NCBI GenBank assembly: GCA_005191425.1
Contig: SUPR01000016.1
Location: 12,195 to 44,194, forward strand
Origin: Candidatus Helarchaeota ASGARD archaeon Hel_GB_B
Lineage (GTDB): Archaea; Asgardarchaeota; Lokiarchaeia; Helarchaeales; HEL-GB-B
Direction of reading: 5' to 3'
Length of the DNA: 32,000 nt
The notes under the pieces are model-generated. The model was not told the DNA's origin, made no database searches, and saw only the letters and a list, made by a program, of their open reading frames with translations. Of this stretch, positions 19,572 to 29,984 are shown one piece after another. The translations under genes and the position numbers were made by a program. Numbering within the stretch: position 1 is the stretch's first letter; every line of letters begins with the position of its first letter.

Positions 19572-20837
19572 ATGACTGAAGATTATTCAAGAAGCCAATT
19601 GAGAAAGGGGCAAAAAGCATCAATAATAGTATTTTTTATATCAATTGGACTTGTTATTATTAAATTTATTGGTGGTATTATATCTAATAGTTCATCACTA
19701 ATGAGTGATGCTCTAAATAGTGGATCTGATAGTATCGTTATGATTGGCACCTGGATTGGTCTGAGAATTGCGCAGAAAAAGCCCACAAATAAGTTTCAAT
19801 ATGGTTTTTATCGGGCTGAATCGCTTGTTACTCTTGGAGTAGCGGCATTCATTATAATTGGAGCTATTGAGCTTATAATCGAGGGATATATGCGCCTATT
19901 TTCCATTCCAAATATCGAATTTCCGATCCAATCATCTATTATAGCAATAATTTCGGCAATTTCCGCTTCAATTAGTTCTTTATATTTGATACGCGTTGGA
20001 AATAAAATTAATTCACAATTGTTAATTGCAAACGGTAAGGAGCGCATGGGTGATATATTCATTTCAATAGCTGTTTTTATTTCTATCATATTAAGTTATT
20101 TTATGATCCCATTTATTGATGGTATAACCTCAATAATAATTTCTGTGTTGATATTAAGAATCGGTATTTTGACCAGTAAGGATGCGATTTTTGCTTTAAT
20201 GGACATTTCTCCATCTAAAAAAATTGAAGATAAAATTAAATCCATTATAAAAAATATCAGTACAATTAATTCCTTCGATGCATTAAAATTACGAAAAGCC
20301 GGACCATTTATTTTTGGAGAAATTACTATTAAATTAAAAAAGAATATGGATGTAGAACGTGCTTCAGAAATCTCAGAAGATATAATTAGAAAAATTCGCG
20401 CTAATATTAAAGAAATTATTCAATTCTCTGTTTATATTAAACCATCTGAACTAAAAAAGTATAAGATTGTAATTCCAATAGACGATGAAAATGGGCTTGA
20501 GTCAATTATTTCAAAACATTTTGGAAGAGCTAAAAGATATTTAATTGTAATTGTAGAAAATGACCGTATCTTAGATTATTATTCTATAGAAAATGAATTT
20601 ATTAATAAAAATATTAGAGCCGGTTTAATTACTATTAAAAATCTCTTAAAAGAGGACATTAACATCATTATTACGAATCAATTAGGTGAAATTTCATTTC
20701 ACACTTTACATGACCATTTAATTGATATATATCAATTTCCTGCCATTGATAAAGTAAAAAATATCCTGCAAAATTTTTTTGAAAATAAATTAACTCGTTT
20801 AAAAAAACCTACTAAGGAAAAAGAAAAAATAGATTGA
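19572..20837 (+). CDS. Cation diffusion facilitator fused to a C-terminal NifB/NifX (MTH1175-like) domain
   Basis: CDF TM domain (KKPTNKFQYGFYRAESL), ZT-dimer domain (LKLRKAGP), then KIVIPI...ISKHFGRAKRYLIV...IITNQLG. Confidence 0.9.
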   Translation: MTEDYSRSQLRKGQKASIIVFFISIGLVIIKFIGGIISNSSSLMSDALNSGSDSIVMIGTWIGLRIAQKKPTNKFQYGFYRAESLVTLGVAAFIIIGAIELIIEGYMRLFSIPNIEFPIQSSIIAIISAISASISSLYLIRVGNKINSQLLIANGKERMGDIFISIAVFISIILSYFMIPFIDGITSIIISVLILRIGILTSKDAIFALMDISPSKKIEDKIKSIIKNISTINSFDALKLRKAGPFIFGEITIKLKKNMDVERASEISEDIIRKIRANIKEIIQFSVYIKPSELKKYKIVIPIDDENGLESIISKHFGRAKRYLIVIVENDRILDYYSIENEFINKNIRAGLITIKNLLKEDINIIITNQLGEISFHTLHDHLIDIYQFPAIDKVKNILQNFFENKLTRLKKPTKEKEKID

Positions 20838-20960
20838 TTTTCAGTTTAAACAATGCTTATTAATATCTTATATAGCATTACAATGTATTTTTATTAAACT
20901 TCTTGAAATTTAAACCATAAATATATATATATTATTAAAAAATTAAATCTCAACAATTGG

Positions 20961-21917
20961 TTAATCTTTTGCTCTTTTTACTTTTGACGATAGAAAAAAT
21001 ATTTTTCCATCATAATTAACTTGTTTTATAATACCAAGTTCTTCTAATTCAGAAATAACTTTTTCAGGTGCTTTAATATTTTTGGATTTTAATAAATTTT
21101 TGAGTTGGTCCAAACGCATTGGATGTCTCTTAATTATTTCCGAGAGCTCTTTTTTCAATTCTGAAATATTTTCGTCTATAACTTGAAAGTCACCAATTTC
21201 TGGCATATTAATTTCCACTACATTTTTAAAAGATTGTTTTATCGATGCTAGTCCTTCATTAGTGGGTACCTTTACCCAGTTTTCTGCAGGAGGTCTAATA
21301 GGTACATTAATATAAACTTTATCTGGTTTTATTTGCTCATAATATTTAACAATTTTGTTTAATTCTTCAAGATTATCATTTATACCTCTAACTGCCATAA
21401 ATTCAATCCAAATTTGACCCGAATATTTTTTTCTAAATTCAATCATTCCATTTATCATTTTATTAAAATCGATAGTTGGGTGCGGCCTATTAATCTTTTT
21501 AAATGTTTCAGGACATCCTGCATCTAACGTAGGAAGAACTACATCTGCAAAACACAATTCATTTTGAACTTCCTCTAAATAAAGTAATGCACCATTTGTA
21601 ATAACTGCAATTGGTATTTGAAAGCTTGATTTCACTTGCTCAAGAAGCCAGCCTAAACTTTTACAAAGAGTTGGTTCTCCATCTCCGACAAATGTTATAT
21701 AATCAATGTTGTCTTTTCCAATAATATTTATCCTCTCTTTAATTTCTTGAAGAATGTCATTTCGAGGAAAAAAATCTCTTCTCTCATTTATATAAGTAGT
21801 AGTCCGACCTAGTTGACAATAAACACATGAAAAATTACATGTTTTTTGAGGAATTGTGTCTACTCCTAATGACCTTCCTAATCGACGGGATGGTACTGGT
21901 CCATATACATATTTCAT
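20961..21917 (-). CDS. Radical SAM protein, COG0731-like
   Basis: YGPVPSRRLGRSLGVD, CNFSCVYC, TFVGDGEPTL. Confidence 0.92.
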   Translation of the reverse strand: MKYVYGPVPSRRLGRSLGVDTIPQKTCNFSCVYCQLGRTTTYINERRDFFPRNDILQEIKERINIIGKDNIDYITFVGDGEPTLCKSLGWLLEQVKSSFQIPIAVITNGALLYLEEVQNELCFADVVLPTLDAGCPETFKKINRPHPTIDFNKMINGMIEFRKKYSGQIWIEFMAVRGINDNLEELNKIVKYYEQIKPDKVYINVPIRPPAENWVKVPTNEGLASIKQSFKNVVEINMPEIGDFQVIDENISELKKELSEIIKRHPMRLDQLKNLLKSKNIKAPEKVISELEELGIIKQVNYDGKIFFLSSKVKRAKD

Positions 21918-22152
21918 ATTTAATCTACATTCTCTCTTTTTTATATTTCATTTTAATAAAAGGTTCAAATCTATAAAAATTATTTAAAAGACCACTTATA
22001 TTATTTCGTAAATTAAGAATAAAATTATTTCATATGTTGATTATAATGATATTTTAATTAAAAATATGAGGAATTTTTTAAACTTTGAACAATAATCTTT
22101 TGATAATCTTAATTATCAATCAATATAGACAATAAATTAAGTTTTCGGGCTA

Positions 22153-23187
22153 TTAAATTATTATTGGAATTGGTTCTTTACAATAAGGACATCTATTTTC
22201 AATAATTTTATTTTCTACAAGATTGAAAATACTTCTTTTTATTATTAATTTTTTACAATTGGGGCAATAAGTATTTTCTCCATTATGACCAGGGACATTT
22301 CCAATATATACATAATTCAGTCCAAGATTTTTAGCCATTTTCATACCATCTTCTAAAATTTTAATCGAAGTTGGTGGTTCATTATATTTATAGTGGGGAA
22401 AATATCTGGTTAGATGCCAAGGAACATTTTTTCCTAATTTATTTTTAATGGTTAATCCTATCTCTTTTAGAATTTTTATATTATCATTAAGTTTTGTTAT
22501 AACAAGTGTAGTTATTTCTACATGAACTCCGTGATCTTTAGCATATTTAGCATTTCTGATAATATAATTTAAATCTGCATTACAATGTTTTTTGACAATT
22601 TCCCAATTACCTTTTATATCAATATTAATTGCATCTAGTCCAGAATCAATTAAAATTTTTAATGCGTCAATTGTCATATAACCATTTGAAACAAATGTGT
22701 TATAAAGCCCTTTTTTCTTTGCAATCTTGAAAGAATTAATGGCGTGTTCTAATAATAAAGTAGGTTCATTAAAACTATAACTTAGTCCATTTGAATGATT
22801 TTTTATAGCAAGTTGAACTAATTGTTCAGGTAATAAATAATTTTTATCAATAAATTTTGGTAGAGTTTTGGAAATTGAATAATTTTGACACCAACTACAT
22901 GTAAAATTGCACGAATAAGAACCGATAGTTAATGCAAAAGTTCCAGGATGAAAATGAAAAAATGGCTTCTTTTCGATGGGGTTATTTGAGATCGATGAGA
23001 TATTTCCATATATTAATGTAAATAATTCGTTATTAATATTCTTTCTAGTCCTGCAGAAGCCTATCTGATTAATTTTCAACTCACATTTATGCTCACAAGT
23101 ATTACATTGTATCTTACCATTTAAATGCTTATATAATAATGCCTTTTTTATAAATTTATTATTTAAATTGTCTGAAATTTTGTTCAC
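22153..23187 (-). CDS. amrS: AmmeMemoRadiSam system radical SAM enzyme (PFL-activase-like)
   Basis: CNTCEHKC, GFCRTR, NPIEKKPFFHFHPG, CNFTCSWCQNYSIS, YSFNEP, VPWHLTRYFP, YVYIGNVPG and TYCPNC. Confidence 0.88.
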   Translation of the reverse strand: MNKISDNLNNKFIKKALLYKHLNGKIQCNTCEHKCELKINQIGFCRTRKNINNELFTLIYGNISSISNNPIEKKPFFHFHPGTFALTIGSYSCNFTCSWCQNYSISKTLPKFIDKNYLLPEQLVQLAIKNHSNGLSYSFNEPTLLLEHAINSFKIAKKKGLYNTFVSNGYMTIDALKILIDSGLDAINIDIKGNWEIVKKHCNADLNYIIRNAKYAKDHGVHVEITTLVITKLNDNIKILKEIGLTIKNKLGKNVPWHLTRYFPHYKYNEPPTSIKILEDGMKMAKNLGLNYVYIGNVPGHNGENTYCPNCKKLIIKRSIFNLVENKIIENRCPYCKEPIPIII

Positions 23188-23206
23188 ATCTTACTAAAAT
23201 ATTTAA

Positions 23207-24655
23207 TTATTTTTGAATTAATCGAATATTATTTGAAAAATTTAGACCTACAATTAATCTCGTTGTTAATTGCTCAACTTCATAGTCTATCAAATTTTTA
23301 AACTTTTGATCGGTTAGATATAAATTAATTAATGCATCCCGGATATATCTTTCTCCTTTTTTGTTTCTAAAATTTAAGGCAAGATATGAATTAAATCTAA
23401 AAAAATCTGCACGTACTTGATAATGTTCTCCCGTTTTATTCCTATCTTTATAATAATTATCAATTTGAGTTTTTAATAAATCAGTTGCAAAATTTGTATT
23501 TTGATCGATTTGGTCCTCTAAAAATTTTAATACTTCGTTAAAAATTTGGTTGAACAAATTTTTAGCCCGGCTTTTTTCAGGTTGTTTCTCAAGTAATTCT
23601 AATAATAATTCATAATATACCCCAGAAATTTTATATTTTAATGAATTATCTGTTCCCTTTAATAATACATCATAAGTATGTGGGCCTTTTCCACTATATG
23701 GTGTTGTTCCGCTACCTGAGTGAATCGATAAAATTGTATTATATTTTTTAGCTATTGTTGATAACCATTCAACTCTTCTTCTTAAATCTGAAATATTGCC
23801 CATATAATCTTGTCTCTTTTTAAACCCAATATTTGGTGCAATAAAACCTACTTCACCACCTAATTTTTTCCATTCTTCTAAATAAAAATGTAATTCATTT
23901 TCTTGAGTTAATTCTATAGTTTCATCTAATGAAATTTCAAATCCAAATGGACGTTTCATGTGTTTTTTGATATAATCAAAAATAATTTTATTAACTTGTA
24001 AACTTTTTCTAAATTTTAATTCTAATTTCATAACGTCATTTTCATTATAAATTAGGTATAATTCATCTCCACTTATTGATTTAAAAAAAAATTCTTTATT
24101 AACATAATCATCTATGATCATCTTATTTGAGCATTTAGTTTCAAATTGTTCTGATAGTTCTTTTTCACTCATTGACTCTACTTGTAAATTAAACAAATCT
24201 GATGAATCAACTGTATATACATTCACATAACCTGTTTCAATTGCTTCATTAATGCACATCATGTTATATTCAATTGATTTATTTAATTCTTCTTCACTTA
24301 TCTCTTGGTTTAAATGCACTCCAGCAATCCGTTGTACTGCTTTATTTGAAGATCCAATAATTATTAAATGATCAGCTTCAATTTCTACTATTACATTTTT
24401 TTCCTCACTTTTCAATGCTGCTAGGGTTTGATATTTTTTAATAGAAGTTCCGGTATGCCCTCTTGTAATTTCATATTTTCCGGGTGGCGCATTTATTACT
24501 CCTTCAGGAGCTGTTTCTCTACCAAATGATAGCATTAAACCTCCTGCAACATTATTTTTCTTATAAGAAGTTAATATTCCTTCTAAGAAAATCTCAGGTA
24601 TTCTAATACCAATAGCCGGGTGGTGTATCACTCCTAAATATCTAGTTTTTACCAT
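23207..24655 (-). CDS. uxaE: Tagaturonate/fructuronate epimerase (UxaE) family protein
   Basis: EADHL, FEISLDET, IAPNIGF, SIHSGS and YKISG correspond to UxaE-family motifs. AGGAG SD-like motif upstream. Substrate not established. Confidence 0.72.
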   Translation of the reverse strand: MVKTRYLGVIHHPAIGIRIPEIFLEGILTSYKKNNVAGGLMLSFGRETAPEGVINAPPGKYEITRGHTGTSIKKYQTLAALKSEEKNVIVEIEADHLIIIGSSNKAVQRIAGVHLNQEISEEELNKSIEYNMMCINEAIETGYVNVYTVDSSDLFNLQVESMSEKELSEQFETKCSNKMIIDDYVNKEFFFKSISGDELYLIYNENDVMKLELKFRKSLQVNKIIFDYIKKHMKRPFGFEISLDETIELTQENELHFYLEEWKKLGGEVGFIAPNIGFKKRQDYMGNISDLRRRVEWLSTIAKKYNTILSIHSGSGTTPYSGKGPHTYDVLLKGTDNSLKYKISGVYYELLLELLEKQPEKSRAKNLFNQIFNEVLKFLEDQIDQNTNFATDLLKTQIDNYYKDRNKTGEHYQVRADFFRFNSYLALNFRNKKGERYIRDALINLYLTDQKFKNLIDYEVEQLTTRLIVGLNFSNNIRLIQK

Positions 24656-25488
24656 TAATTCCTACTCCTTTTTAATAACACTAAATAAAATTTAAAAAAT
24701 ATGTTTCTTTACTTTATTAACTTTAAATTTCCAATTTTAAATTTTATGTTTATCTATCTTTAATTTAACTTTATTATTAATTCTTTTTTGTTCTAAATTT
24801 ATATTATAACTAGATTTGATATGCGAAATAAGATAGGTAAAATGTTATTGAAAATTAAATCAACGGACGCATTTTAATTGAATATTAATTTATTTGTTTT
24901 TATTTAATTTTTTTTTAATCCTATATGATATATTATTTATTCTTTTTAAATAAATCATTTATGGTTATCAATCCGAAATTTTTAAGTGTAAAACAAATTC
25001 TTCACAATTTAATTTTTAGGGTTATATAAACGAAAAATTTAATTTATAATTTCTTTTCAAGTTTAATTAAATATCTCATTCCAAGAAAAAGTTTTTCTTT
25101 ATTATATAAAGGTTAAAATGAATTACTATTCGGAATTAATATTTATGTACGGGTTTCTAATATCATTTAGCTAATAATTTTGTTTATATGTTTAATATTT
25201 GTTCATAATTTAATTATTTTTTGATAAATTGTTTCCATAGAAAAAATTTATTTAGTTTATTTCTAAATTAAAGTTTCATCAATTAAAAAGAGAGTTTTAT
25301 TAATAATCAGCAAATTATTTGTTATCTTCAGATTAATCTTAAATTTTAATTGGTGAAGTAAATTTCATTACTTTAGCTATTTAAATTTAAATAAATAAAA
25401 TTGATTTCTATTTTAACAAATTTTAAAAAAAATTTAAATATAGATTTTCAATTTTAGTTTTTGATTCTTATTAATGATGGTGCTTTTA

Positions 25489-25821
25489 ATGAACCTCAGA
25501 GATAAGGTTTATGAAACAATAGAAGATTGGACTAAGAAATTGGACAATCCAGAAATTGCAAAGAAGTTTGAAGGATTTAATAAAATTATCCAAATTCATC
25601 TTACTGATATAGATGAATCAATGTTTCTCGATGTCAGAAATAGTAGTTGTACTCTTTTTGAAGGTATAAAAGATGAGGCTGATGCTTCATTATATACTAC
25701 TACGGAGACTATTTTTGGAATAAAAAAGGGTAATATTGATGTAATGGAAGCTTTTATTAGTGGTAAATTGCAACCTAAAGGAAATATAAAAGATTTAATT
25801 ATACTTGAAAATTTATTATAA
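25489..25821 (+). CDS. SCP2 sterol/lipid-binding domain protein
   Basis: DASLYTTTETIFGIKKGNIDVMEAFISGKLQPKGN SCP2 signature. GGTG lies upstream of ATG 25489 (alternative start 25474). Confidence 0.85.
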   Translation: MNLRDKVYETIEDWTKKLDNPEIAKKFEGFNKIIQIHLTDIDESMFLDVRNSSCTLFEGIKDEADASLYTTTETIFGIKKGNIDVMEAFISGKLQPKGNIKDLIILENLL

Positions 25822-25857
25822 ATAATTAATGGAGAATCAGATAATAATTAAAATAAT

Positions 25858-27090
25858 TTACAAAAAAACAGAGCGATCCTGGTTATTTTCAGTCTTAATT
25901 ATACCTTCTTTTTCAAATTTATTTATTTGCTCTTTAGTATAACCCAATTCTTGTAAAATTTCATTATTATGTTGTCCAAAAGTAGGCGCTCCAAATTGGA
26001 TATTTCCAGGAGTTTTTGGTAATTTAAATGAAAAACCAATCTGTTTTATTTTACCTAATTTTTCATGTTTATATTCAATAATTAAATTTCGTTCTAATAA
26101 ATGTGGATCTTTTAGAACTTCCTTAATATTTAAAACAGGAGCTATACAGCAATCTATACCGTGAAATATCTCTATCCATTCATCCCTGGTTTTTTCTAAG
26201 AAAATATTTTCTAATATTCTTTTTATTTTAGTATGTTCAGATATCCCTAAATTTCGTAACTCAATTAAATCGGGCCTATTTATAGTATTACAAAAATTTT
26301 CCCAGAATTTAAGTTCTAATGCACCAATTGCAATTTCTTTATCATCTTTAGTTTTATATACATTATACCAAGGTAGTTCGCCAATTAATCTTCCGTCTTC
26401 TTTTTGAAATTTATCTTTTAATAATAAAAAGTCATTAAAAGTTGCTGGTAACCATGAAATCAAGCCATCATAAATAGAAATATCTAAATACTGACCAATA
26501 TCATATTTTTCGCGTGCAATTAATGCTAATAATATAGAATTGAGTCCCATATATGAGCCAGCACCAATGTCTCCAATTTGAGTGCCCGGAATTGTGATGC
26601 GACCGTTATATTTACCTGTTAAACTTAATATTCCTGTAAATGCAATATAATTAATGTCATGTCCCGCTATATCCTTATATGGACCATTTTGTCCAAATCC
26701 AGTTAGGGACGCATATATAATCCTTGGATTGATTTTCTCGATTGTTTCGTAATCAATCTTGAGTTTGTATTTTACATCAGGACGAAATGATTCTACTATA
26801 ATATCAGCATTTTTGGCTAATTTGTAAAAAATTTCTCTACCGAATTCACTTTTTAAATTTAATGTTAATGATTTTTTATTTCTATTTAGATAAGAAAATA
26901 ATGTGTTCATTTTTAAATCATGGGCTTCATTATAAATAAATGGTTTTCTCCAACGAACATAATCCCCCAGATTTGGGTCTTCGATTTTTATTACTTCAGC
27001 TCCATAATCACCTAATAACATAGTTAAAAATGGTCCAGGTAATAACCTTGTTAAATCTAACACCTTAATATCTTTAAGAGGAGAATTCAT
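25858..27090 (-). CDS. CaiB/BaiF family III CoA-transferase, alpha-methylacyl-CoA racemase-like
   Basis: LDLTRLLPGPF, GAEVIKIEDP, NRNKKSLTLNLK, GFGQNGPY, GHDINY and GDIGAG. Confidence 0.9.
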   Translation of the reverse strand: MNSPLKDIKVLDLTRLLPGPFLTMLLGDYGAEVIKIEDPNLGDYVRWRKPFIYNEAHDLKMNTLFSYLNRNKKSLTLNLKSEFGREIFYKLAKNADIIVESFRPDVKYKLKIDYETIEKINPRIIYASLTGFGQNGPYKDIAGHDINYIAFTGILSLTGKYNGRITIPGTQIGDIGAGSYMGLNSILLALIAREKYDIGQYLDISIYDGLISWLPATFNDFLLLKDKFQKEDGRLIGELPWYNVYKTKDDKEIAIGALELKFWENFCNTINRPDLIELRNLGISEHTKIKRILENIFLEKTRDEWIEIFHGIDCCIAPVLNIKEVLKDPHLLERNLIIEYKHEKLGKIKQIGFSFKLPKTPGNIQFGAPTFGQHNNEILQELGYTKEQINKFEKEGIIKTENNQDRSVFL

Positions 27091-27366
27091 TTTATAAATG
27101 TAATTAACTTTTTAATTTTAAATCTTTTGAAATCGTTTTTTTTACTCTCTCAATGTATTAATAAACATTTTTAATTTTAAAATAAAAGTTGGAATATCAA
27201 TTAAGAATACAGAGAAATAATGAGTCTAAATCCTCCTATATCTTCATAGTTCAATTAGAGAATTAAAAGTGAGATTTGATTAGGTATTAGAATACATGGG
27301 ACAATAATTTGCATATAAATTATTAATTTAATTAAAAAAAAGATATAGAATTTAGAAAAAATTCTA

Positions 27367-29949
27367 TTAAATTTTAGAAAATTTTAAATGGTCAACATCT
27401 AACACTGATATTTCTATAGTATCGCCGGGTTGGAATTTTCCTTCAAGGAATTCAACTGAAAGTGGGTTTAAGACATATCTTTGAATTGCCCTTAATAATG
27501 GTCTGGCTCCGTAAACGGGATCATAACCTTTTTTAGCAAGGAACTCTTTAGCTTCTTCAGTTACACTAATTGATAACCGTTTTTCCTCAAGTTGTTTCTT
27601 GATTTTGTTTAATTTTATATCTACAATTTTCTTGATCATCTCTTCTGAGAGAAAATTGAATACGATTATATCATCAATTCTGTTTAAGAATTCGGGTCTA
27701 AAGTAGTTATTTAATTCTTTAATTACTTTTGATTCTACTTCATAAATGTCCTTACCTCTGGATTCAACAATATAACGTGCACCGATATTGCTGGTCATAA
27801 TGATGATTGTATTTTTGAAATCTACTGTCCTTCCATGTCCATCAGTAAGTCTTCCATCATCAAGTACTTGAAGGAGGACATTCAAAACTTCGGGATGAGC
27901 TTTTTCGATCTCGTCTAATAATACTACAGAATAGGGTCGTCGTCGTACAGCTTCAGTTAGATATCCACCTTCATCATATCCAACATAACCTGGTGGAGCT
28001 CCAATTAATCTAGATACTGTATGTTTTTCTTGAAATTCAGACATATCTATTCTGACCATCGCCCGTTCGTCATCAAATAAAAATTCTGCAAGTGATCTGG
28101 CAGTTTCAGTTTTTCCGACACCAGTAGGTCCAAGAAACATAAATGAGCCTATTGGTCTATTAGTATCTTGGAGTCCTGATCTGGACCTTCGGATAGCATT
28201 TGAGACCAATTCTAATGCCCTATCTTGTCCTACCACTCGTTGTCTTAATCGATCTTCCATTTTTAAAAGTTTTTCGCGTTCAGATTCCATCATTCGAGAT
28301 ACTGGGATGCCAGTCCATTTACTAACAACTTCAGCAATGTCGTCTTCATCTACTTCTTCTTTTAACATTTTTGAGTCTTTTTGAATTTCCTCTAGTTTCT
28401 TTCTAACTTCTTCTAATTCTTTTTGTAATTGATTTAATTTTCCATATCTTAATTCAGCAGCTTTTCCAAGGTCACCCATTCGTTCAGCTCTTTCAGCTTC
28501 TAATTTTGTCTGTTCTATTTCTTTCTTAATCTTCTTGATTTTATCGATTTGTTCTTTTTCATTTTTCCATTTTAATTTTAAACTGGCGCTTTTTTCTTTC
28601 AGTTCTGCTAACAATTCCTCTATTTTTTCTAATCGTTCTTTAGAAATTGGGTCATCTTCTTTTTTAAGGGCTTGTTGTTCTATTTGAAGTTGTAAGATTT
28701 TTCTCTCAACTTCATCAATTTCGGTAGGCATTGAATCAATTTCAATTCGTAATTTGCTTGCCGCTTCATCTAATAAATCAATAGCTTTATCTGGTAAGAA
28801 TCTGTCCGCAATATATCTGTTTGATAATGTTGCTGCCGCAATAATTGCAGCGTCTGAAATTCTTACACCATGATGTACTTCATATTTCTCTTTAAGACCT
28901 CGTAAAATTGAAATTGTATCTTCAACTGATGGCTCTTCTACTAAAATTGGTTGAAATCGCCTAGTTAATGCAGCATCTTTTTCTATATATTTTCTGTATT
29001 CATTGAGTGTAGTTGCTCCGATACATCGTAGTTCGCCCCTAGCTAAAGCGGGTTTTAACATATTTGACGCATCAACAGCTCCTTCAGCTGCCCCTGCACC
29101 AACTAAAGTATGCATTTCATCAATAAATAAGATAACATCATCTGATTCTCTAATTTCCTTAAGTACAGCTTTAACGCGGTCCTCAAACTCACCCCTATAT
29201 TTTGTTCCTGCAATCAGCGCACCAAGATCTAAAGCAACAATTCTTTTATTCTTAAGATTTTCAGGGACATCACCTTTTGCAACTCTTTGAGCTAAACCTT
29301 CTACAATCGCCGTTTTTCCAACGCCAGCTTCACCTATTAAAATCGGATTATTTTTTGTTCTCCTTGATAAAATATGCATTACTCTTCTAATTTCAGTATC
29401 TCTACCAATTACCGGGTCTAACTTGTCTCTCCTAGCCATATCTGTTAAATCTCTTGCATATTTCTTTAATGCTTGGTATTTTCCTTCGGGATTTTCATCA
29501 GTTATTCTATGACTACCTCTTACATCTAAAAGAGCTTGAATAACTCTGTCTCTATTTATACCATATTTCTTTAAGATCCCTGCTGCAGAAGTATCACTAT
29601 CAATTGTTGCTAACAAAATGTGTTCAGCACTCAAATATTCATCTTTAAAATTTTCAGCTTCTTTCCATGCATTGTCTAAAATCTGTTTTAATCTCGGAGA
29701 TATATACATTTCCGCTGTTCCTTGAACTGTAGGATATTTGTCTAAATCATAATTTAAATCATTAATGATCGATTGGGGTATAACTCCAAGTTTTTGAAAT
29801 ATTTGATAAACCACACCATCAGTTTGATTTGTTAATGCAATTAATAAATGTTCTATTTCTAAAGCTTGATGATTTTTATTATTAGCTATTTTTTTAGCTT
29901 CCATAAATGCTTCTTGAACTTTTATAGTTAGTTTTTCACTACTTAACAA
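27367..29949 (-). CDS. clpB: ATP-dependent chaperone/disaggregase ClpB
   Basis: Clp N domain, [14 protein letters not shown], coiled-coil M domain, [22 protein letters not shown] pore loop, no ClpP-docking IGF/L loop. AGGTGA SD lies 6 nt before the TTG start. Confidence 0.97.
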   Translation of the reverse strand: MLSSEKLTIKVQEAFMEAKKIANNKNHQALEIEHLLIALTNQTDGVVYQIFQKLGVIPQSIINDLNYDLDKYPTVQGTAEMYISPRLKQILDNAWKEAENFKDEYLSAEHILLATIDSDTSAAGILKKYGINRDRVIQALLDVRGSHRITDENPEGKYQALKKYARDLTDMARRDKLDPVIGRDTEIRRVMHILSRRTKNNPILIGEAGVGKTAIVEGLAQRVAKGDVPENLKNKRIVALDLGALIAGTKYRGEFEDRVKAVLKEIRESDDVILFIDEMHTLVGAGAAEGAVDASNMLKPALARGELRCIGATTLNEYRKYIEKDAALTRRFQPILVEEPSVEDTISILRGLKEKYEVHHGVRISDAAIIAAATLSNRYIADRFLPDKAIDLLDEAASKLRIEIDSMPTEIDEVERKILQLQIEQQALKKEDDPISKERLEKIEELLAELKEKSASLKLKWKNEKEQIDKIKKIKKEIEQTKLEAERAERMGDLGKAAELRYGKLNQLQKELEEVRKKLEEIQKDSKMLKEEVDEDDIAEVVSKWTGIPVSRMMESEREKLLKMEDRLRQRVVGQDRALELVSNAIRRSRSGLQDTNRPIGSFMFLGPTGVGKTETARSLAEFLFDDERAMVRIDMSEFQEKHTVSRLIGAPPGYVGYDEGGYLTEAVRRRPYSVVLLDEIEKAHPEVLNVLLQVLDDGRLTDGHGRTVDFKNTIIIMTSNIGARYIVESRGKDIYEVESKVIKELNNYFRPEFLNRIDDIIVFNFLSEEMIKKIVDIKLNKIKKQLEEKRLSISVTEEAKEFLAKKGYDPVYGARPLLRAIQRYVLNPLSVEFLEGKFQPGDTIEISVLDVDHLKFSKI

Positions 29950-29984
29950 AATTATTCACCTTCTATTTATTAATTTTTTAATAA

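Noticed and set aside
25378-25393. 16-bp perfect palindrome TATTTAAATTTAAATA
   Set aside because: All A/T. About one such palindrome is expected by chance in this much ~80% AT spacer DNA.
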